Source: Toensbergia leucococca
Lineage: Eukaryota
Reading direction: 5' to 3'
DNA length: 61,049 nt
Assembly (NCBI GenBank): GCA_022813965.1
Contig: JALDZS010000147.1
Span: 1-61,049, forward strand
Shown: piece after piece, positions 1 through 13,055 of the stretch
Layout of the letters: each line of letters starts with the position of its first letter
Numbering within the stretch: position 1 is the stretch's first letter
Program-made: the position numbers and the translations under genes
Notes under the pieces: generated by a model
Seen by the model: the letters and a program-made list of their open reading frames with translations, nothing else
Databases searched by the model: none
What the model was told of the DNA's origin: nothing

Positions 1-3000
1 CCCACATGTAGATAATATCTTATAGACCAAAAGGCCTATCGTCTCAAAAAGTCGATTTGGAACCATCTCTTATAAGCCAGTAATATCTTATATACCAGTA
101 GTATCTTATATGACAGATTATACGGTATCTCTACGAACTTTATGAACTCGAATGCACATCTCATTGTACCCCAGCCCCTTTTTTCTCTTTCTGTCAAACG
201 CGATGTGGGTTGGCAAAAGTTTGCAGGGGTACTTTAGAGAGCCCAAAGTACAGAGATACACTTTAGATTGCATTCCATCTAAGTCGCAGGGAAGCTTTTG
301 CAATATTTAGTTAGATTATGTGCCCCTGCTTCAGGCACCCCCAATGCGTGCGTTGATGCATCTGGGATTTTCTTTTAACAAGAATAGATGCGGGTCATGG
401 GTTGTATCCGGGTTGGATAACGAGCTAAACATGTGGTGCGCGTAGGAATGCATATGTTGTGTTCTGCCTGCAGGCTGGAGAGTGCTTGGAGGTTGATGAG
501 CGTCTTACAAGCGGGTGTGTGTTCCGTCAAATGTCTGGGACAGTCAATTTTGGAGGCGGTGCGGCGCCATTTCCTTTGTCATACAGGCAGGGCGCTTTTA
601 TGTGCATGATGGTAGAAGTGGTTTTCAGCACTGGAGGTTCGTTGACTTTCTCCGCGGACTTGGCGGCCAACGCATTTCCTCAAGGCACTGAAGGGTGGGC
701 CTACGCCGGACGGAGGGAACGTTGATTTTTCCCTGCCATGATTGAGGGTTGCGCATCCTGCTTGAGTATTCCCTTTTGCGATTGGCTAAAGAGTGGATTC
801 TATCAATACACAGACTAGTTGCTGAGATGCATGATGGATGTGTTTCACCAGATAGCCGTGCATCGGTGGGAGATCCAATGCATTTGAAGAGGACACAAGA
901 TTGAGTTGCAGTAGACTTGAGGTCTTTGGCTTCTTGAAAGTAGTGTTGTCTCAATATGGATGATTCAGGTTGGGGAACAGCCACCATGCACGTATCCGTG
1001 GTGCGTTTCAGGTCCTAGGAATTTGGCCTCGGACATGTCATGTGTATTCCACCGGTCGTTCTCGGAGATGGAATCCTTAGAGTGTCTCCTTGGGCAATGA
1101 AAAGCAAATTGACTAAAGCAATGCTGTGTTTTCTGTTGCTGGAGGTTGTGGTACATTGTAATAAGCATTCGAGGATTATGACTTACGTATGCAGCAGCAC
1201 GCGAAATTCCTTTACCTTATACCAATTACGGATAGTCCAAATGTTTAATGCGATACACCTGATAGTGTTGTTAGAGGTTGGATTGGGATTAGCGTGCTTT
1301 CTTTTTACTGAAGTTGAGGTGGTGTCGGGTCTCCTTACCAGCCAGCCAGCCTTTCAAGTGGGAGCTTGTTCGGTACATGGGAAAAGAACATAAGGTATCC
1401 GTACCTTACTTGCAGATGACTTCAAGTTAGAATATGCTTTCGGCTTGACGTCAATGACATTCTAGACTGAGCAGGCCACTTATGTCAGTCTGGGATGAGT
1501 GACAAATGTCTACTTACTACTCTACAGGTATGAGTGAGAGCTGAGGAGGTGTGCTCCTGAAGGAAGCTTGTACAAGCCGCCGAATGACATATCCGGAGCC
1601 ATGGTCTGCACTCGGTTAACGAGACGGGATGCGAGTGCGCCGGGTTGTTTTATTTGACGTCGTACGAGCTGGCACATGGCGACAGCGTGCCATTTTGTGG
1701 CTGCCATGAGCTCGAGTCGTTTGATTCGACATGCAAGCCCGCTAGAGGGAAGCGGGCCGGTAGAATTGGTTCTCCCGCCCCATATTCGACGATCCTGAGC
1801 AGCGTTCCATGGATCGAATGCCCTCCAACGCTGCACTGATGTTATCATCTGACATGTTTAGCGTCATCGTGCTGTGCATCATGTTCCCCCCTAGCCCAGC
1901 GCTTACGCCATGTCAACGTTTTCCCATCATTTCTTGAAAAGCTACGGTAGATAAGTAGCAGATATCGAGAGAGTGATGTCACCGAGCTAGAATATCGTGG
2001 AGAGGTCAGAGGATGGCCTCTGCTCGTCGTAGCGAGCCACGGAATTGCAACCTGTCAGACCCGCATGCGTCCAATCGACGGAGCCTGTTCGATGCAAGAA
2101 GCCACCATTCGGATTCAAATTTATGCAAACGGTGAAGATCGGCATGAATAGAGTTCCCCGGTTCAGCACCATCGTTGATCGTCTCACTACTGTTGCCTTT
2201 TCCACTATGTTGGATGAGGCCGATATACCATCAGGCGACGACGGTAGCCATGACGATGACGATGATATGCTTGACTAGAATACCTTACCTACCTCTCAAC
2301 AGACAATCATGCGTCTCTTTTTGAGTCTGTATGTTGAACCCTATGTATGCACGCAACGTTGTCGTTGCTCAACAGTCTACTGGACTTCCCTTGCCAGACC
2401 TCGTCGGCCTGTAAGATTCCGATTCTCATTTTCTTAGCCACTGGCTGAAATTAATCAGCATCTGATCCATTAGGGGCTGCTGGCTGCAGCGGGATTGCGG
2501 GTAAGACAACCGTGTCTTGTTCAGTGTTATGCCACAGCTTTTGCAACGTATCAAATCAATCCAAATATGTAGAGGTAGAAGTGGTGGTCAACATGGCGCT
2601 TGTGACCATGTGCCCATCGTTGTGTCAGGGTCTGCGATGGGCAATAACAGACGAAAGGGGAGCAGACGGGGCAGGCAGTGACGAGGTATGGCGTGGGTGA
2701 TTTGAAGCCACACGTTGTTAGCAAGGCAGCCAGCTGAGAATGGGGGCAGGTCAAGCCGTCGGCAGCGGCTAAAAATGACGAGGCTGACCTAATTGAGACA
2801 TGTCTTTCCACATTGGACCGTGAGCAACGCCGGCGCAGCTGTGTGACCCCGGTTCTCGAGGGCTTCGATCCATGTTCTTCTACTGCAAGCGAAGGGGCAT
2901 GTATGCACCTCGTTATGCACGTCCCTGTAAATTGAGCCTGCCCTAATGCGCACTCGTACCTGTGTGAATTACGAACAGCTTCGGATAGACACCTGCTGTC

Positions 3001-4595
3001 ATTCCGGATAAGCGTGTCACAACATCTGCTTGCCCCTTTCGAGGCCATGACCAAGGCCCAACGGAGCTCGTCGGTTGCACCTGTGCCTTTTGCTCGAACA
3101 AGGGCAGGCAGAAGGATTGGCTACCTTAGCTTACAGTTCATTCAAGCTTTGGGGACGACAGCTTGCTTTGCTTTTGTACTTACCTTAGTTCTCCAGCCCT
3201 CCACGTCAAATTAGCTTACGCAGGGAGTGCAGGGGCCTTCCATGCACGCCTCTCCGACTTGATCAATCTTGAATTTCTTGACCTCTTCGGCTACTACTAA
3301 TGATGCTGACGACCTGCCTGTGAAATCTAAAAACTAACATGTGCCATTCACATCTAATAAAGTAAAAGCCCTTCAGTCGGTCAGTCCGGCAGACAAGACA
3401 GACACCGCACACAGTCATCATTGTACTTATAATCGTGTCTTTCTGTTCTCTCCCAGGCTGCAGCAAGGTAACCTCTCGGGATATATATATGTGTATATAT
3501 CTTTACACCCGTACTCGGATATTGTCAGACCCTCCACGGAGCGTTGCATCCGGCTTGAATGCCAGAAATAATCGAAAGCATTGGAATTGAGCCTTCCCCG
3601 CAAGACAGGCTGACATCTGCTGGGTCGACCCTTCGACCTGTGGCTGTCCATGCCCGTGCCAAAGGCCAAGGGAGCAGTTCCAGAGTAGGTAGACTTCCTC
3701 CCGTACCGGGTTCCTCCTGTTTGTTTCGGAGTCTGGTTACGTCTCCGCCAGAAGCATAAATCGCGTCCTCTCGATCATCATCGGAGAATTGCGCCACCAG
3801 ACATTGGCAGCGCAGGATCCGGGGGGTTGGCCAAAGTCAAACGCTGCTAGCGGCATCTTCAATTCGATCATCAATGTTTGTATTACCTTCTCTCCTCTCA
3901 AACCCCGCCCTCAGCCTCTAAAACCTCGGTCCTTCTCATCGTATTGTGAAGAATCGTCCCAGCTTTAGACGTTGCCCCTTCCGTTTCCATCCCTATCACA
4001 AGCAAAGTCTGGATACGGAAACACCCAAGCCTCGGGAAGCCTAAGCCAGACCCAAATTTCCAACGTTCGTCCAGCAGACGAGCAACATTACACCTTCTTG
4101 GTTGGATGCCTACCTAAATTTTTCTGCTTTCAACCAACCTTGTTTCTTGTTCTCTGTTGATTAGGAAGGACCCCTTGATCCGATGATCCCGCCTGCTCCT
4201 TCATATCTTCTCGTCGAATACCTGACTTTACTGTTGACGTTATGCAACGGACTTGTCCAGTTGCAAGGAGTCCTTCACAATCTTACGGAAGCCCCGTTCC
4301 TGCACCGAGACCCATCATAAAACATCCGCCACTAAGTTGCAGTCAGAATTGAAGCATCATCATAGCTACCACAAGATCTTCTATCACAACTCAATTCTAT
4401 CATAGCTCAGTGTATCATCAAAGGCCAACCTTTTCCAAGTGAGATGGGCGGTCCTGCAAACGTCAACAATAGCCACCTCTTCCATGGTTCGAAACTGGAA
4501 GGGTCCGCTGTTCTCAGGCTATCTGAGGATTGACTAAGTATTGAGCACCTTGGACTGCATGGAGACGTGCGCAATTGTTGACGAGAACGGTCTCA

Positions 4596-6594
4596 ATGAA
4601 CGTTAATACTCTCGCGGATTCAATCCCGCCGCGCGTGATCCTCTCGAGGTATGCCAACACCATGTGACCATCCAGCTATGTCTTACATAGTCTCACGTAC
4701 TGCCAGGCTTTCGACTGACCATGTTGCCACTTAGCAACGACTACGATCTACGCATTCGCCAACCACCGGAGCGGGCTCGAGTTGCTACAGGCAAGGAAAA
4801 AGGTATCACTTGGTATCAAAATCTCATATAGGTCACGCTTACACATACATGTCCATACATAGATCGGAAACCTGTCGATCCACCTCCTATCATACAGCTA
4901 CAGATTAGAGATCTGTCCGATCCAGCACAGTAAGACTATCTAGAGGAGCCTCAGATACGTTTTTCGTTCTGACAGCGTCAGGAATTATCTTCAAAGCCCT
5001 TACTATTTCATGTGCTGCAATTTGTACGATGCTATCGACGAAAGACCAGCACAAATTCCCATGCAATCAGCCTTAGCGGGCACCTTGGTCTCTTCGCTAC
5101 ACAGGCTGAAAGACACAGACAATACTGGTGAGTATCTCTTTAACGTTCCTAACATAGCAGATGACTGAGATTCTGATCCAGACGGTGGATTCTTTGTATT
5201 CGGAGATCTGTCGGTGAGAGTTGAGGGAGAGTTTCGTCTCCGCTTTAGTTTGTTTGAAATGCGAAAGTACGTATGGACTTGGAGCAAGACAGCGTTCAAT
5301 TTAGACTAACGTCGAATACAGGACTGAAGTTATTTACATAAAGTCTATCATATCTGATCCGTTCAATGGTGATGAACTGGCGCTCTTGGACTTTATCGCG
5401 GTCATGCTGACTTCACAAAGTATTCGCTCACAAGAACTTTCCTGGTTTGTCAGAATCCACCTTTCTCTCGCGATCCTTTGGTGATCAGGGTGTGAGACTA
5501 AGGATCAGAAAAGAGCCTCGAACATTACTGTAAGATGATGATTTACCTCCTCGGCAGAATTGCTTAACCAAAAAACTAGTAAACGACCAGCCCCTTCGAG
5601 CATTCGAAGTGACAATCAACCGCCTCCACCTCCCTACCCGCAGCATCCATCTTCAGAGCATCGAATGAATCAGGGCCCACAGCAACAAGCACATATTGGT
5701 CATTACGGTATCCCTTCCACGAGAAACTATAACTCTTCGTTTAACGAGGATTCCGTCAAGCGACAGAGACTATCTATAGATATGGGTGGGACAGATATCT
5801 ACGATCGGGATCAGAGGTTTGCACCACGCCTCTATCAGGAGCAGCGAGGACCTTATAGTGCAATTACGTCCCAAACCCAGCCGGCGCCCAGTTATGGAGT
5901 GACATACTCTCAAGGCCCACAATCCGCTCCCGGCGTTTTAGCAGACTACTCTTTTAGGTATCCACCAGCAAACTCTTCTTCCCTTTCTTCGCCCTATGTA
6001 TCTCCACATACAGAGGTACCAAGACAATTTCCATCAGAGCCCCACCTTCAACAACCTCGATATGCGGCTCATGCTTATCAGCACAGTCAGTATCAAGGTT
6101 CTCAGCTAAGACCAACACCTCAGCTACTACAACCTCTTGCGACTTATCAACAGAATGCTTCGTCTAGTCAAGCACCAATGAGCGCTCCCTTGTCATATAT
6201 TCCACGTCTACAAGACTCGGATGACCATCCCAGCACGCACTTCGCATCTGCACTAAGCACCATTACAAACCAGCGAAGCCTTTACCAGACGACCCAGCAA
6301 GGCCAATTTTTAGACGCTCCTTTGATTCCCTCTCAACAGAATCGGCTGTCAGACTGGCGTCCTTCTCTGCCAAGTCTCCTTCCACCTTTACAATCAAGTA
6401 CGACCTTCGCCCCATCTCGTGATAACCTGAATCGTCCGTATAACAATTTTATCGCACCATCAATAGAAGGCAACACATCAATGCGAGCCCCTACTCTTAC
6501 CGAGTCAGATCATCACCGAGAGAACCAAGAAGCGAGCTCTGCGTTGCCTCAGAACTACGACTCTACAGAAGAAGAGAAGCGTGAGGCTGGGTGA
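4596..6594 (+). CDS. vosA: Velvet-domain transcription factor VosA (8 exons)
   Basis: Spliced translation gives [87 protein letters not shown] and [30 protein letters not shown]. This is an N-terminal velvet domain followed by a long Q/P/S-rich tail (ORF 5560-6594). Introns ~4649-4734, 4803-4862, 4930-4981, 5129-5181, 5267-5321, 5369-5420, 5530-5579. Confidence 0.9.
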
Positions 6595-7141
6595 GGGATG
6601 AATGTTGAATCCGTCTTGAATTGACAGAATCGAGATGGTTTGTAAGGTCTAGGCTATAAAAATGGGGATAAAAACCAAGTAGCCATTCTACTGAGACGGA
6701 CTCGGTCATCCCATTCAGTATCACGCATGGTAGCATCTTATATCAGGATGGACTTGACATCCGTAGCATTAGAAGATTGGGAAGCAGACTTTTGCATTTT
6801 TACAGTATCGGTACTAGATCCAGGGGATCAAATACTTAGACCGCAGGCGTTCACAGTGGTCCTAGGAATTAGAATGAGCATCGCAGATTTTACATCGGCG
6901 TCAGTCAATTCATATCTTCGTTGGGAACCCGCGACCCAGATGAGATGGCCCTTTCCCTGTGGTTTAGACAAGCATAATTGTCATGAAGTTTTAGCAACAC
7001 AATTTTCTCATCTCCGCTTTCCAGATCTTGACTGCTATTCAACCAGGCATAACACTTGGTCGTAAATCACAAAGCATTCTCAACGTTATCAGGAGACTTC
7101 GAAGCTATCGGACCTAGTATCTTTAAAAGGAGTGTTCTACA

Positions 7142-10100
7142 ATGTCTCACAACGCTCACGACGAAAGTTCAGTATTGAAGCTTGCCAAGCTTCGACCGGG
7201 CCAGAGTATTGCGTCGTCGATCAAGAATGTCGGGATATCTGCAAAGTGGAATGGTCTGCCAGATCACGCTGCTCAGGTTCGAATCAGTATCCAGGTATGT
7301 GATTTAAATCAGCCAGGTCGTCATGACTGACTCTGTCCAGATTCAGGCTGAACCTAGCACTGCCCATGCGCTCATCGACTTGGCTAGCCAGGAAGTGGAT
7401 AATGTAAGTACTTATCGACTCCCAAAAGACTCGTTGCCATTGTGCGATCCAGGCCTACTTCCGGGATGGCAGCACTCCCCTCAATCAGACCAAGACGCCT
7501 TGAAAAGCTTGGAAGAGAAGGTAGTCTTCAAGGGGTCTGATGAAAAAGTATCACCACGCACTTTGTCTCCCACTCGCTCCAATCTATCAGAAGCAGTAGG
7601 ATCAGCAAATAGGGCCAGTATTACAAACGTCTCCAAGGCCAAGGAAACTCAACCGCAATCTGACGATAGTAACTGTGATTCGGTACATTACAACACGCCA
7701 GCTATTCGTGCTACGAAAAATCAGTTTGGTACAGACATCGGGCAGATGCCTCTGCTATCATTGGCGTTATTCGAGGACGATGCACCAGGATCTGACGGCA
7801 GGGCTGAGTTTCCCCTTGGTTCAAGCCCATGTTCCATATTCACCAAAGACGTTTCAGGAGGTCCGTTGGTGCAGGAAGTTGGCGAAAATGAACCTGCCAC
7901 TAGAAGGGTCATTGCTGCCCATACCTGGGGTGCTAATTCACGAAAGCCGAGCTTCATGGCACCTCTTCGTGCTGTATCAGGAAATTGTCTCGGTACGTCT
8001 AATACGGGGAAGCTATCGAGCTTCGAAAAAAATACGAGCATGGTGAGAAGAACAGGTGGTAGGAAGTTTCATGCCATGGGTATCGATACGACTCAATTTT
8101 TTCATAGCAGTCCACACCTCGTGTGGTCTAGCGTTGATTCCTCATCAATACCTTCACATGATGGGAATCAAATATTGAGGACACGGTCATTCAATTCAAA
8201 AAATCTGAACAACTTCGGAAATTTTCGAGACAAGGGGCATAGCGATGTTGTCTCGCCAGATATATCTTCGTCGCTGGCCTCTAGAAAGGGGTCAATACGG
8301 TACCATAAACCCACGCATTATTCACCTAACGTCTCTCCACGAATGTGGCTTAGAAGAAGTGGACCGAGTGACAAATATTTCGTTGACGATCCAGTGTCAT
8401 CGTCGAGAGAGACTAGCAACCCGCGTCTGGTGAAAGAAAGCGGAAAGCTCTACATCTGTTTCGATGAATACATTGCTACTGGAATATACCAAGTTGAGAT
8501 CGACACGTCATGCCTTTTAGAGTCTGAGGCTCATAGCTGGCAAAGGTTTACAGTTCCTACCTTGCAAAATACTAAAGAAGCCAACATCACTACCAGATTC
8601 TCGTTCGAGCTAGTATCAGCATCAGCCCAGTCCAAAGTCCCAGAGCTTCAATTTAGTACAGAATTCCTCCTCGAGGCTGAAGTCTTCAATGCAAGGAAGC
8701 TCATGGGCAGAATTCCACCTATGGAAGGCTTCTCACTGCTACTACGTCTGAAAGAAACTATTCATCATCTTACAGACCACGAGACATCTGTCACACTATG
8801 TTGTGTTCCTACTTGGTCTGAGAGCAAGGGCATACGATTTGAATATCACGTCAGTCTAATGCTAGAGCTGCAGAATCAGGATTTCTTTTCCGAGAGAATT
8901 AGTTTCCCAATCGTCATCAGACATGGGCACCAACTCGAGCGTACGTATAATTTAGGGACTGGCGAGTGTACTGTTTATCTTGAGGAATCTGATGGCCATA
9001 AGCTCAATTCAGCCAAGTCTGAAACCGAGACAGGCGTTGAGGTCACTCTTGTTCGTGATACGCAAGATTGTGATAAGCCACTCAATGTACACTTCAAGGT
9101 CACGTACGGCAACCAAGATCGCATGTTGGTCCCGTTGCCAACCTTCCGTCCGCGACTTGGCAAGGTACGCTCTGAAAGCGTTCTCCTGGTAACCTTGTCG
9201 CCACCTTTAGATATCGAGCATCTACCAAGGTGTCCGGTGAGTTCTTAGAAAAAAGGTAAACACCACTACAGACAGTATGGTATGATACGTTTCGATCGAA
9301 CCGAGATACCTTTATCGTTTCCGCGGGATCTCGAGGATGATATCGTTGTCAAGGTTATTCTACCTATTCCAGTCCATTTCCAGGCCCTTGAAAGTTTAAC
9401 CGACCCGATGGTCTTTGAGAAATTAATAAATATAATACCCAAAGTCGACATCAGGGTTGAAGAAGTCATGGGTGGTCTTTTAGCTTGTCAGGCTCGCATC
9501 AAGATCCAAGTAGGAAGCCACAGCCGTCTGCTGATATTGAATTATGATGATTGGAGTCCAAGCTTCTCCACAATTGATGGGCGGCTTGCCACGGAAAAGA
9601 CTGGGGAATGGCGAGAAACTAATGACGGATACTCAACGCTATTTAAGACAGCGTGGATGGTTCCCGGCCAGATAACTATGGTCCAAATGCATTGGACAGA
9701 AAGGGTCATACTCGACGAGTTCAAACCCGAAGATGACGATAAGACGAGGATTGAGTATAAGTTACCCCGGATCGTTGGCAAAACTATCTTGGAAAGCTCA
9801 CTAACATGCAAGATGGAAAGAAGCAGTAGGTGTTTGTCTATCGAGATGAGGATAAGTTATGCTCACAGGCTCTTGTAGGTTCTATAACGCTGGAGCAAGG
9901 AATGGTAAAGTTGGCTCATGAATTCCCTACTGGTTTTCGCGGCAAGCAGTTGAAGCTGCCGACGTTATATGATGGCTACGATATGCGGTTGTCTTTACAT
10001 AGAGCGCCAATACAGGCTATTGTCCGGCCAGGGCAAACGTCAGGGAACATTCTACCCTCTGACGAAGAGCCGCTACTGCTCAGGACTATTGGGTGTGAGA

Positions 10101-10684
10101 GTGAGCAGCTTGACATCCCCAGCAATTGTGGTCTTAGGTTTGAATGCAGCTCTGGAGACACGACATTGGATTCGACTTCGACCATTCCATCGGCTTGCGT
10201 CAAAAAGCCGTCTGTTGTCCACGATTCTAGAAGGCTTCACAAGACTACTTACTACTTGTTACAACCCCTCGGATGCATAGTGCTACTTTTTAAATATGTC
10301 TGGAAAGTGCCGTGGATGATAGGAGATTTACGGATGACGGATATTGGCATCCTGTGTCTTCTCGTACAGGTTGGATATCTGGGCGGAGTGTCGGAAAGCA
10401 TCTCCACGGCAATAATTGACTTCAAGGAGATAGCTTATCCGCAGCTCAACGCGGCCGTAGATGGGTGGATAAGGCCAACAGTCGCTTCCAATAATCTGAC
10501 CGAGGTGGTGAACGAGGTTCCCGGGTCATCGTCACAGGATGTTCCAGCTGCATGGAAGGAAAAGTCTGTGAGTTTATTGGAAAAGGAGAATGGAGAAGCA
10601 GCTACTCTATCGGCTGCCATGGATTTTCGAAATTGGATAGATCACGCGTTAGGATGGAGGGAGTGGAGGGGTTTTGATTATTGA
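7142..10684 (+). CDS. Large uncharacterised protein (~1,147 codons; disordered N-terminus, folded middle, hydrophobic segments near the C-terminus) interrupted by one in-frame TAG at 9246-9248
   Basis: Exon 1 7142-7294, intron 7295-7340 (GTATGT..CTGAC..CAG), then ORF to the TAG. ORF 9282-9878 continues in the same frame. Intron 9826-9878 joins in frame to ORF 9830-10684. Confidence 0.65.
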
Positions 10685-10703
10685 TGTCATAACTCCCCTG
10701 TTT

Positions 10704-10750
10704 TTCTTCTTCTTCTTCTTCTTCTTCTTCTTCTTCTTCTTCTTCTTCTT
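10704..10750. repeat. (TTC)n microsatellite, about 15 units
   Basis: Direct reading; lies just 3' of the large gene. Confidence 0.95.
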
Positions 10751-11397
10751 GCTCTTCCATTTCCTCTTGCCTTGACATGGGCCTTTTTATTAGTGCGCTA
10801 GTCTCATCAGTCTAGGGCTAAAATGCCTCAGTGTTGTATGGAGTAGTAGAAGCATCAACGACTTGTATCGGATAAACACATGTCATGCAGGCAATGGGCA
10901 AGTGATGATTCAAGTGTAGAGCATTCATAGCAACAAGAGAGGGGTAATCAGTCGTAGATGATCGAGCACACATCATGGGGTGCATGAACCGACAGGATGG
11001 CATCCAATTCACGCTTGACGCTTGCAAATACAACCAATCCAGTGCTCTCCTAACCACCGAGTACCTACTCACTGATCCCTGGTACTGAAGTAGTTTCCCA
11101 ACTACTCAGATACCCAGATTATCAATGCATTTCTTCGCTTCTTTGCCTGCATCATGCAGATCTCCATATTCCAAGTAATCGACATCCGACCCAAGCTCCT
11201 GAGAGCGCTTGAAGGAGTTCAAAATCATGAAGACAGTATGCCTACCTTGCTGCAGATACAACCGTTGCAGCGTCATTCCTTAAAGAGACCGCTATCCGCC
11301 GACCAGCTGTGGCATAGATAAAGATTCCACACCCAAAGAAAACGTAAAAAACCTTGTCTTCTCCACAAAAAGAGAAAACCCGAACCGAGAATTGAAC

Positions 11398-12223
11398 ATG
11401 GGCTCCAACAATGAAGGTAATGTGTCCACGAACTAGACCTCCACTCTTCATCAATGCCGCAAGCCGACTTCATACCCGAATCACTCCCCTCTCCTCTCAC
11501 CCTCAAAAGCCCCCAACCTTCCGATCATCATCATCATCTCAAGCCCTTAAATCTCAACCCATAAAATTAACAACCCCGTCTCCAAAACCAGACAACTTCA
11601 AGCTCGTCCTGGGCAAAAACAAAGACTGGGCCCACGAAACCAGCAACAAAGACCCCTCCCTCTTCCCCACCCTCGCCAGCGGCCAACACCCCCAAATCCT
11701 CTGGATCGGCTGCTCCGACTCCCGCATTCCCGAAACCACCGTCCTGGGCCTCAAACCAGGCGACGTCTTCGTGCATCGCAACATCGCCAACATCCTGCAC
11801 CCGGGCGACCTGAACGCCAGCGCCGTCATCGAATACGCCGTCGTCCACCTCAAAGTCAAGCACATTGTCGTCTGCGGCCACACCAGCTGCGGCGGCGTCA
11901 ACGCCGCGCTGGCGAACCAGAAGCTCGGCATCATCGACAATTGGCTGCTGCCGCTGCGCAAGCTGCGGCTGGACCTGAGCCATGAGTTGAGCAAGATGGG
12001 GCCGGATGAGAAGGTCATGAAGATTGTGGAGGCGAACGTGTTGGCGGGGGCGCAGACGCTGATGGAGAATCCGAGCGTGATTGATGCCATGGCGGAGCGT
12101 GGGTTGAAGATTCATGGGCTCGTGTATGATCTCAAATGCGGCGAGTTGAAGGAGTTGCCCATTCACGAGACCGAGGCCCATCAGAAGGCTAGGACTGCCG
12201 CGTTTGAGACCAAGGCTGAGTGA
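11398..12223 (+). CDS. Beta-class carbonic anhydrase (Nce103/Can-like)
   Basis: Motifs GQHPQILWIGCSDSR, PGDVFVHRNIAN and VVCGHTSCGGV supply the Cys/His/Cys zinc ligands. Likely model: ATG 11398, intron 11417-11591, giving MGSNNEDNFKLVLGKNKDWA. Confidence 0.95.
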
Positions 12224-13055
12224 AGCTTGGGAGGGAGATTGGAGGGGGGAGGGGGGCGATGGTGAGGGAATTTACGAGTGATGGAATCGACAAGTGGAGG
12301 TTAGGCTTGGTTGCAGAAAAGGGGGGGGTCTGACATGGCCGGACAACTTTTCATGTATAGGAAAATTTTTGGGTCAATGCCAGGGGATACGAAGTTGCAT
12401 ATGTCGCTGCCATTGACCTAAAACCAATGTGTGCTTTAAATCCACGCACGCGCGTCCCGATGCCATGTTCCCCTCCTCCTCCTTCATCCTTCCTCCCTTT
12501 CCTCTCTCTTTCCGTCTACCGTCCAGGCGCCCTGTAGTCGCCATCAAGCCCCCCTCCCACCCCTCCGGGACCCCCGCAACCCTTCATTCAGCCCCACATA
12601 TCCAAACACCAAACCCCCCCCCCGGGCCCGGTTTTTTCAAAAAGAAAAAAAAAATCACTCATATCAAAGAACACAGGCAAACCCACGAGGAACCAGCACA
12701 AAATAAAACAAAACAATCCACAAAAAGCAAAATGATGTGGTAAATATATTGCCCAGCAGCCCCTCATCTTCAAAGGGGAAGCAAAAAAAAAAAAGTAAAA
12801 GTAAAACAAAACAGTAAAAGTAAAAAACAAAAAGGCCCTTTCTCAAGCGCCCATACAAAACGCTACAAAAAAACAAGTTTCCCCCCCCCAAGCCCCCCAC
12901 AGCAGATGCCCCGATTCCCCCTTCCACGCCCAAATGCAACAAAGAAAAAAAAAGCCCAGAAGAAAAAAATCCCGCGCCAATATGAGTACAGCTAGATACA
13001 AGTTTACAAAGCTATGCAAAACAGAATGCAAAAACGACCTCACCGGCCCCTACCG

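Noticed and set aside
5369..5420. Box C (GTGATGA) and box D (CTGA) in vosA intron 6
   Set aside because: The 52-nt intron is too short for a snoRNA, and the motifs coincide with the donor and branch point.
12429..13050. Many short Pro/Lys- or Gly/Phe-rich ORFs in homopolymer regions (also 26300-27900, 31550-32550, 51150-52200)
   Set aside because: They arise from stop-codon depletion in skewed low-complexity DNA.
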